Below are positions 7,314 through 13,676 of a DNA stretch of 24,000 nucleotides, piece by piece. The translations under genes were made by a program, and so were the position numbers. Origin of the DNA: Acidimicrobiales bacterium (GTDB lineage: Bacteria; Actinomycetota; Acidimicrobiia; Acidimicrobiales; RAAP-2); assembly GCA_050743865.1 (NCBI GenBank), contig JBOGGE010000002.1:18152-42151 (forward strand), given 5' to 3'. The notes under the pieces were generated by a model. It was not told the origin of the DNA. It did no database searches and saw only the letters and a list, made by a program, of their open reading frames with translations. The number at the start of each line of letters is the position of its first letter. Within the stretch, counting starts at the first letter, position 1.

Positions 7314-7877
7314 ATGCCCGCACCGCAGAACCTCCGAGCCACCGGTGACCGGATCGAGCAGTTGCTGGACGAGCTGCAGAGGGCGGCCAACCCGTCTTCG
7401 TTCCGCCTGGTCGAGGAGCTCTTGAAGCTGGTCACCGAGCTCTACGGTGCCGGGCTGGCGCGGATGATGTCGATGGTCACCGAGCACGCCCCCGATCTGG
7501 CCGAGGTGTGCGCGAAGGACGAGCTGGTGGCCAGCCTGCTCGTCGTGCATGGGCTGCACCCGGACCCAGTGGCCCGAAGGGTGGAGGGCGCCCTGGCCTC
7601 GGTTCGCCCGTTGCTCGCCGCACACGCCGGTGACGTGGAGCTCGTGGAGGTCGACGCCGATGCCGGCATCGTCCGTCTCCGGCTCCTCGGGAGCTGCGAC
7701 GGGTGCCCGTCGTCGGCCATCACCCTCCGGGGGGCTGTCGAGCGGTCGATCGCCGAAGCGGCACCTGAGATCGTCAGCGTCGAGGTTGACCAGCCATCCG
7801 GGGTGGCGTCGGTTCCCGTCGCCGTCGGCACCAAGCCGACGTACGCCGAGTGCCCGTCGGGAACGGCGAGCCGGTGA
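7314..7877 (+). CDS. hhyE: NifU C-terminal-domain (Nfu-like) FeS protein associated with group 1h hydrogenase
   Basis: The C-terminal half VRPLLAAHAGDVELVEVDADAGIVRLRLLGSCDGCPSSAITLRGAVERSI is a classic Nfu/NifU-C domain with a CxxC pair. It sits immediately after hhyL, the position of the putative FeS protein HhyE in mycobacterial Hhy loci. The symbol is assigned from memory of that literature. Confidence 0.75.
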   Translation: MPAPQNLRATGDRIEQLLDELQRAANPSSFRLVEELLKLVTELYGAGLARMMSMVTEHAPDLAEVCAKDELVASLLVVHGLHPDPVARRVEGALASVRPLLAAHAGDVELVEVDADAGIVRLRLLGSCDGCPSSAITLRGAVERSIAEAAPEIVSVEVDQPSGVASVPVAVGTKPTYAECPSGTASR

Positions 7878-8497
7878 GCGACCCGCTGGCCGTGCTCCAG
7901 CGCATCCGGCTGGCTCGCCCGAGCGAGGTGGTGCGAGCAGGGGAGCGTTGCCAGCTGTGCGCCGAGGAGATCCCCGACGTCCACGGCCATCTGGTCGACC
8001 TGCAGGCGCGCTCCCTGCTCTGCGCCTGCCGGGGCTGCTACCTGCTCTTCACCGCCGAGGGTGCCGGTGGCCCCCACTACCGGGCCGTTCCCGATCGGTA
8101 CCTCGCCTTTCCCGGCTTCCAGCTGTCCCCGGCGCAGTGGGACTCCCTCCAGATCCCGGTCAGCATCGCCTTCTTCTTCGTCAACTCCGCTCTCGGCCGG
8201 GTGGCGGCTTTCTACCCCGGTCCCGCCGGGGCCACCGAGTCCGAGCTCTCCCTCGACACCTGGGATGAGGTGGTATCGGCCAATCCCACGCTGGCCACGC
8301 TCGAACCCGACGTCGAGGCGTTCCTGGTCCAGGCTGACCCGGACCACGGCGCCCCGGAGTGCTTCCTGGTGCCCATCGACGCCTGCTACGAGCTGGTGGG
8401 GCGCCTCCGGAAGTCCTGGCGAGGGTTCGACGGCGGGCGAGAGGCCCACGACCAGTTGGACGCCTTCTTCGCCGGCGTGCGGAGCCGGGTCCGATGA
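7874..8497 (+). CDS. Conserved hydrogenase-cluster protein of unknown function with a Cys-rich motif
   Basis: GTG 7874 overlaps the upstream TGA (GTGA). ATG 7850 is an alternative start in the same frame. The five-Cys motif is CQLC-x19-CACRGC (ERCQLCAEEIPDVHGHLVDLQARSLLCACRGCYLLF). Coding bias is good. I recall proteins in this position being labelled DUF5947 / hhaA-like, but that is unverified. Confidence 0.8.
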   Translation: MSDPLAVLQRIRLARPSEVVRAGERCQLCAEEIPDVHGHLVDLQARSLLCACRGCYLLFTAEGAGGPHYRAVPDRYLAFPGFQLSPAQWDSLQIPVSIAFFFVNSALGRVAAFYPGPAGATESELSLDTWDEVVSANPTLATLEPDVEAFLVQADPDHGAPECFLVPIDACYELVGRLRKSWRGFDGGREAHDQLDAFFAGVRSRVR

Positions 8498-9132
8498 CCA
8501 CGCTCGGTTTCGAGGTCGTGGACGCTCGACCGGAACCGCACGCCGCGGTGCCCACCATCATGTTGCGATTGCGGATCACCGAGACCGGTGGTGGGGTGCA
8601 CGCGCTGGCCCTCCGCTGCCAGATCCGCATCGAGCCTCAGCGGCGACGTTACGACCCCGAAGAGAGAGGCCGGCTCTACGAGCTCTTCGGGGAGACCCCG
8701 CAGTGGGGCGACTCCCTGCACCCCTTCTTGTGGACTCATGTGTCGACGACGCTGCCGGGCTTCTCCGGTTCGACCGACGTGGAGATCCCGGTCGAGTGCA
8801 CCTACGACTTCGACGTTGCGGGAGCCAAGTACCTTCACGCCCTGTCCGGGGGCGAGATCCCGCTCCTCCTGCTCTTTTCGGGCACCGTGTTCGTCCAGGG
8901 CGAATCGGGCTTTGCCGCCGAGCCCGTCCCGTGGGACCAAGAGGCCTCCTACCGGATGCCGGTCTCGGTGTGGCGAGGCGTGATGGATCTGTACTTCCCC
9001 AACAGCGGCTGGGTCCGGATCGGCCGCGATACCCTCGACCGGCTCGGACGGTTCAGGGCATCGCGGGCCCTTCCCACCTGGGACCAGGCATTCGAGCAGC
9101 TGCTCAAGGAAGCCGGAGACGGGGCATGGTGA
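8494..9132 (+). CDS. Conserved hydrogenase-cluster protein of unknown function
   Basis: ATG 8494 overlaps the upstream stop (ATGA). Translation: MTTLGFEVVDARPEPHAAVPTIMLRLRITETGGGVHALALRCQIRIEPQRRRYDPEERGRLYELFG... I recognise no catalytic motif. I recall a DUF6084 / hhaB-like annotation for this position, unverified. Confidence 0.8.
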   Translation: MTTLGFEVVDARPEPHAAVPTIMLRLRITETGGGVHALALRCQIRIEPQRRRYDPEERGRLYELFGETPQWGDSLHPFLWTHVSTTLPGFSGSTDVEIPVECTYDFDVAGAKYLHALSGGEIPLLLLFSGTVFVQGESGFAAEPVPWDQEASYRMPVSVWRGVMDLYFPNSGWVRIGRDTLDRLGRFRASRALPTWDQAFEQLLKEAGDGAW

Positions 9133-10532
9133 GGGTCGAGCTCGCCGATCGTTTCGCCGCCGCCGGCGCCGTGGCCGAGACCGTGCTCTACGAGGGGTAC
9201 ATGCTGTACCCCTACCGGGCGTCCTCGAGTAAGAACCAGTTGCGCTGGCAGTTCGGGGTGCTGGTTCCCCGTGCCTTCAGCGAGGCCGACGGCTCCGAAC
9301 GCTGGTCGATGCGCACCGAGTGCCTCCTCGATCCCGGACCGGCACCGGTCCTGGCCGTCCGCATCCGTTGCCTTCAGGCCCAGCATCGGGGGATCGAGGC
9401 CGCCGCTGCCGCCTCCGACAACGGGTTCGTGCCGGTCGAGGCGATCGAGGTCGACGGGCGCCACCATGTCGCCTGGGACGAAGCGGTCGATCAGGTCGTC
9501 GACCTTCCCCTGCTGGCATTGCACAGCCTCGAGATCGCTGACCACAGCCACCCCTTCGGGTTCGCCGGTTCGCGGGAGACCGAGCTGATCCGGACGAGCG
9601 TGGGGCAGGTGGCCGGGCGTATCGTCCGCCGGCGGCTGGCGGTGGACGGGCGGGTGCGCGTGACGGTCGCTCGCCCGGACGCCGCAAGCCGCTTCGTGAA
9701 GGTGGCCGTCACCGTGGAGAACGCCAGCCCGTTCCTGGACGCCGGTGCCGGGCGCCGGGACGCGCTCGCCCGTTCGCTGATCGCCTCGCACACCATGGTG
9801 GCCGTGGAGGGCGGGGTGTTCGTGTCGCTGTTCGACCCCCCCGACGGTGCCCGACCGGCGGCGGCGGCCTGTCACAACGACGGCGCCTTCCCGGTGCTGG
9901 TCGGAGAGGACGACGTGGTCCTCTCGTCGCCCATCATCCTCTACGACCACCCTTCGGTCGCCCCTGAGAGCCCGGGCAACCTCTACGACGCCACCGAGAT
10001 CGACGAGATCCTGGCGTTGCGGGTGCTGGCGCTGACCGACGAAGAGAAAGCCGAGGCGCGCGGCACCGACGCCCGCGCCGCCGCCATCATCGACCGCTGC
10101 GACGACATGCCCCCCGAGGTGTGGAGCCGGCTCCACGGCGCAGTGCGCTCCCTGCGGTCGGCGGCGGAGCCGGGAGCCGCCGGCAGCGGGGTGGACGATC
10201 GTGAGGACCCCGGACCGGTTCCCTGGTGGGATCCGGTGGCTGACGCCTCCGTCGACCCGTGGGGCGACCGGGTCAGGGTCGGCGACGTCGAGATCGGGAA
10301 GGGCACGAGGGTGCTGCTCCGGCCGTCGCGGCGCTCGGACGCCCAGGACCTCTTCTTGGCGGGTCGTGCCGCCACCGTGGCCGGCGTCTTCACCGACGTC
10401 GACGGGAGCCAGCAGGTGGCGGTGACGGTCGACGACGACCCGGCGACGGCGGAGCTGATATGGCAGGGGCGCTACCTGTTCTTCCACCCCGACGAGGTGG
10501 AGCCGCTCCCCGGGGAGGACGGCCCCCGATGA
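9126..10532 (+). CDS. Conserved hydrogenase-cluster protein of unknown function (468 aa)
   Basis: ATG 9126 overlaps the upstream gene by 7 nt (ATGGTGA). Only the last 469 codons of the 823-aa track ORF are taken. Translation starts MVRVELADRFAAAGAVAETVLYEGYMLYPYRASSSKNQLRWQFGVLVP. There is no P-loop and no Cys cluster. It shares an IRCLQAQHR-type motif with the preceding protein. Confidence 0.8.
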   Translation: MVRVELADRFAAAGAVAETVLYEGYMLYPYRASSSKNQLRWQFGVLVPRAFSEADGSERWSMRTECLLDPGPAPVLAVRIRCLQAQHRGIEAAAAASDNGFVPVEAIEVDGRHHVAWDEAVDQVVDLPLLALHSLEIADHSHPFGFAGSRETELIRTSVGQVAGRIVRRRLAVDGRVRVTVARPDAASRFVKVAVTVENASPFLDAGAGRRDALARSLIASHTMVAVEGGVFVSLFDPPDGARPAAAACHNDGAFPVLVGEDDVVLSSPIILYDHPSVAPESPGNLYDATEIDEILALRVLALTDEEKAEARGTDARAAAIIDRCDDMPPEVWSRLHGAVRSLRSAAEPGAAGSGVDDREDPGPVPWWDPVADASVDPWGDRVRVGDVEIGKGTRVLLRPSRRSDAQDLFLAGRAATVAGVFTDVDGSQQVAVTVDDDPATAELIWQGRYLFFHPDEVEPLPGEDGPR

Positions 10533-11029
10533 GGCCCCGAGTTCTCGTCGCCGGCATCGGGAACATCTTCTTGAGCGACGACGGCTTCGGCGTCGAAGTC
10601 GTCAACCGCCTGAGCGAAGAGCCCCTTCCGCCAGGGGTCCGGGTTACTGACGTCGGGATCCGCGGCCTCCACCTGGCCTACGAGCTGCTCGACGGCTACG
10701 ACGCGGTGATCCTGGTCGACGCCGTGCCGATGGGCGAGGCACCGGGAACGGTGGCGGTCATCGAGCCCGACGACCTGATGGCGACGCCCGGGGACGAGGC
10801 CCCGGTCGTCGACGCCCACAGCATGAGCCCCGAGGCGGTGCTGGGCACCCTGACCCGATTGGGCGGCTCGGTCGAACGGCTTCGGGTGGTCGGTTGCCAG
10901 CCCGCCGACCTCGACGAGGGCATCGGCCTGTCACCGGCGGTCGCCGACGCCGTCGACGGCGCGGTGGCGTTGTGCCGGCAGCTCGTTGCCGAGATCACGG
11001 AACCCGCTGGAAAGGAGACAACGAGATGA
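10529..11029 (+). CDS. Hydrogenase maturation endopeptidase (HyaD/HybD/HupD family)
   Basis: ATG 10529 is an ATGA overlap. Family motifs are present: VLVAGIGNIFLSDDGFGVEVV, AVILVDAV, VVDAHSMSP. Confidence 0.9.
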   Translation: MRPRVLVAGIGNIFLSDDGFGVEVVNRLSEEPLPPGVRVTDVGIRGLHLAYELLDGYDAVILVDAVPMGEAPGTVAVIEPDDLMATPGDEAPVVDAHSMSPEAVLGTLTRLGGSVERLRVVGCQPADLDEGIGLSPAVADAVDGAVALCRQLVAEITEPAGKETTR

Positions 11030-11130
11030 TCATTCGTCTCGCCAAATCGGTGCTCGTCGCCCTGGTCGTCGGAATGGTGCTCAAGTCGCTGCCCGACATC
11101 GCCCGGTACCTCAAGATCAGGGAGATGTGA
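11026..11130 (+). CDS. 34-aa hydrophobic peptide (single predicted TM helix)
   Basis: ATG 11026 overlaps the protease stop (ATGA) and is preceded by AAAGGAGA at 11011-11018. Translation: MIIRLAKSVLVALVVGMVLKSLPDIARYLKIREM. Its stop overlaps the candidate GTG start of the next gene. It is short, so the coding call rests on the SD, the coupling and the hydrophobic core. Confidence 0.55.
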   Translation: MIIRLAKSVLVALVVGMVLKSLPDIARYLKIREM

Positions 11131-11651
11131 CCTGGGTGGCTCATTACCGCATCGACCCCACACGTTCGTACGTATGGATCGACGCCCGGTCCAGCGTGCA
11201 CCCCATCCATTCCACCACCAAGGGGCTGGAGGGCTACCTCGATCTCGGCCTGGGGCCGGACGGTGCCGTCGATCTGGCGGTCATGCCGACCGGAAAGCTC
11301 TCGCTGCAGGTCAGTCGCCTCTCGTCGGGTAACCGGCTGGAGGATCGTGAGCTGCAACGACGCATCGACTCGAAGCGGTTCCCCGCCATCGAAGGGGTGA
11401 TCATCGGGATGGAGCCGATCGGCGGTGACGGGAGCTACCGGGTGAGCGGTGACATCACCTTTCGGGGAACGTCTCACCGGTACGAGGACCAGATGACCGT
11501 CAACCCGGTCGACGACAGCACGATCAAGCTCGCCGGCCAGTCGCGTTTCGACATCCGCGATTTCGGGATGGAGCCGCCCCGCATCTTGATGCTGAAGGTC
11601 GACCCGGAGGTGGCCGTGCGAGTGGAGGTGCTCGCGGTGAAGGAAGGATAG
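11127..11651 (+). CDS. YceI-like protein without signal peptide; paralogue of the C-terminal domain of the PadR::YceI regulator
   Basis: Translation: YRIDPTRSYVWIDARSSVHP...LSLQVSRLSSGNRLEDRELQRRIDSKRFPAIEG...ITFRGTSHRYEDQM...RFDIRDFGMEPPRILMLKVDPEVAVRVEV. The start is either GTG 11127 (GTGA overlap) or GTG 11136. There is no N-terminal hydrophobic leader. Confidence 0.85.
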   Translation: MTWVAHYRIDPTRSYVWIDARSSVHPIHSTTKGLEGYLDLGLGPDGAVDLAVMPTGKLSLQVSRLSSGNRLEDRELQRRIDSKRFPAIEGVIIGMEPIGGDGSYRVSGDITFRGTSHRYEDQMTVNPVDDSTIKLAGQSRFDIRDFGMEPPRILMLKVDPEVAVRVEVLAVKEG

Positions 11652-11657
11652 GACCCC

Positions 11658-11993
11658 GTGCACGAGCTCGGTTTGTGCAGTTCGATCGTGGACGCCGTCC
11701 AGCGGCGAGCCGGGGAACGCCCGGTGGCGCACGTGCGGGTGCGCGTCGGGCGCCTGCACCACGTCCACCCCGATGCGTTCGACCAGTCCTTCGCCGTGGC
11801 CGCCATGGGCACGGTGGCCGAGGACGCGGTGGCAGAGCTGGTCCAGCTCCCGGTGCGGGCAGCGTGCAGCCACTGCTCGACCACGTGGGAGTGCGAGGAG
11901 CTGCCCCTGGCCTGCCCCACCTGCGGGTCCGTGGACATTGACCTGCTCGGTGGGGACGAACTGCTGCTCGAGTCCATCAAGTACCGCGGCTGA
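11658..11993 (+). CDS. hypA: Hydrogenase nickel-incorporation protein HypA
   Basis: The N-terminal MHE nickel-binding motif (MHELGLCSSIV) is present. The zinc site is CSHC...CPTC. Start is GTG 11658. Confidence 0.9.
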   Translation: MHELGLCSSIVDAVQRRAGERPVAHVRVRVGRLHHVHPDAFDQSFAVAAMGTVAEDAVAELVQLPVRAACSHCSTTWECEELPLACPTCGSVDIDLLGGDELLLESIKYRG

Positions 11994-12006
11994 GAGGAGA
12001 CGGACC

Positions 12007-12294
12007 ATGTGCCTCGGCATACCGGGCCAGTTGGTGGCGTTCGGCTCGCACGAGCATCTGGCGCGAGTCGACGTCTCGGGGGTGGCTCGGACAATCAACA
12101 TCGGGTTGCTCGACGACGAGAGGCTCCAGCTCGGCGACTGGGTTCTCATCCATGTCGGCTTCGCCATGTCGAAGATCGACGAGGAGGAGGCGGCGCTGGC
12201 CTTGGCCTCGCTCAAGCTCATGGGCCAGGCCTACGGAGCCGAGCTCGACGCGTTCTGGTCGTCCAGGATCACCAGTGACAGCACGGGAGGTTGA
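12007..12294 (+). CDS. hypC: Hydrogenase assembly chaperone HypC/HupF family
   Basis: Signature N-terminus MCLGIPGQLV with Cys2, followed by GDWVLIHVGFAMSKIDEEEA. GAGGAG lies upstream at 11994-11999. Confidence 0.9.
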   Translation: MCLGIPGQLVAFGSHEHLARVDVSGVARTINIGLLDDERLQLGDWVLIHVGFAMSKIDEEEAALALASLKLMGQAYGAELDAFWSSRITSDSTGG

Positions 12295-12295
12295 C

Positions 12296-12529
12296 ATGGG
12301 AACCATCGTCGGAGCCATGATCGGGTACGTGTTCGGCACGCAAGCCGGACCTCAGGGGTGGGACGACCTGCGCCGTGCCTGGGGGGTGATCAGCTCCTCC
12401 GAGGAGGTGAGGAACCTGATCGACCTCAGCTTCTCGATGGCCCATGGCCTCGTGGGGCGTGGGGGCGAGCTGCTCGCCGGGGCGGCCGGAACCTCGGAGT
12501 CCCGTTCCGCACTGCGACCGGTGGCGTAG
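12296..12529 (+). CDS. Small protein (77 aa) with a hydrophobic N-terminus; paralogue of the 2924-3184 product
   Basis: ATG 12296 is preceded by GGGAGG at 12285-12290. Translation: MGTIVGAMIGYVFGTQAGPQGWDDLRRAWGVISSSEEVRNLIDLSF... It shares the IGYV-G-x3-G-x6-LRR pattern with MSITLALVIGYVIGAKSGGKDLERLRRS at 2924-3184. Confidence 0.6.
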   Translation: MGTIVGAMIGYVFGTQAGPQGWDDLRRAWGVISSSEEVRNLIDLSFSMAHGLVGRGGELLAGAAGTSESRSALRPVA

Positions 12530-12536
12530 GCCGGCC

Positions 12537-13676
12537 ATGCGATTCGTGGACGAGTACCGCGACCCGGCGGCGGCGCAGGTGCAGGTGAGCCGGATCACCG
12601 ACCTGGCCGCCGGGGAAGAGTTCAAGTTCATGGAGGTGTGCGGCGGCCACACCCACACCATCTACCGGCACGGGATCGAGCATCTGGTGCCGGCCAACGT
12701 GGAGCTCGTGCACGGGCCGGGATGCCCGGTGTGCGTGATCCCGATGGGCAGGATCGACGACGCCATCTCGGTGGCAAAGGAACCGGGCGTGATCTTCACG
12801 TCCTTCGGCGACATGATGCGGGTGCCGGGAAGCCACGGCAACCTGCTCCACGCCAAGGCCGAGGGAGCTGACGTCCGCTTCGTGTACTCGCCGCTCGACG
12901 CGCTGCGGATCGCCGTGGAGAACCCCGAGCACCAGGTGGTCTTCTTCGCCGTCGGCTTCGAGACCACCGCCCCTTCCACCGCCATCGTGCTCGCACAGGC
13001 GCGAGCGCGCCGGATCACCAACTTCAGCGTCTTCTGCAACCACGTCATGATCGTCCCCCCGATCAAGGCGATCCTCGAGTCACCGGACCTCCGGCTGGAC
13101 GGGTTCCTCGGACCGGGGCACGTCTCGACGGTGATCGGCCAGCGGCCCTACCGCTTCGTCCCCGACCAGTACGGCAAGCCGCTGGTGACCGCCGGGTTCG
13201 AACCGCTCGACATACTCCAAGCCATCTCGATGCTCCTCGCCCAGATCAGGGAGGGACGGTGCGAGGTGGAGAACCAGTACTCGAGGGTGGTTCGTGAAGG
13301 GGGGAACCCGCGAGCCCTGGCCCTGCTGGGCGAGGTGTTCGAGCTGCGACCCCACTTCGAATGGCGCGGCCTCGGGTTCATCTCCCAGAGCGCGCTGAAA
13401 CTTCGACCGGAATTCGAGAGCTTCGACGCCGAGCTCCGCTACCAGCTGCCGGGGGTACGCGTGGCGGACCCGAAGGCGTGCCAGTGCGGCGAGGTCCTCA
13501 AGGGCGTCATCAAGCCCTGGGAGTGCAAGGTGTTCGGCACCGCCTGCACGCCGGAGACTCCCATCGGCACGTGCATGGTCTCGTCCGAGGGGGCGTGCGC
13601 CGCCTACTACAACTTCGGCCGAATGCACCGCGAGGCGGCAGTCGCCTTCGGCAGGAGGAGCCCGGTCAACGCATGA
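12537..13676 (+). CDS. hypD: Hydrogenase maturation FeS protein HypD
   Basis: Motifs: MRFVDEYRD, MEVCGGHTH, HGPGCPVCV, FFAVGFETTAP, and C-terminal cysteines (CQCG...C...C). Confidence 0.95.
   Translation: MRFVDEYRDPAAAQVQVSRITDLAAGEEFKFMEVCGGHTHTIYRHGIEHLVPANVELVHGPGCPVCVIPMGRIDDAISVAKEPGVIFTSFGDMMRVPGSHGNLLHAKAEGADVRFVYSPLDALRIAVENPEHQVVFFAVGFETTAPSTAIVLAQARARRITNFSVFCNHVMIVPPIKAILESPDLRLDGFLGPGHVSTVIGQRPYRFVPDQYGKPLVTAGFEPLDILQAISMLLAQIREGRCEVENQYSRVVREGGNPRALALLGEVFELRPHFEWRGLGFISQSALKLRPEFESFDAELRYQLPGVRVADPKACQCGEVLKGVIKPWECKVFGTACTPETPIGTCMVSSEGACAAYYNFGRMHREAAVAFGRRSPVNA

Noticed and set aside
8061-9125. N-terminal 355 codons of the 823-aa track ORF 8061..10532.
   Set aside because: This part overlaps two well-supported genes in other frames and translates to Pro/Ser/Arg-rich junk. 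The real gene begins at ATG 9126, coupled to the upstream stop.
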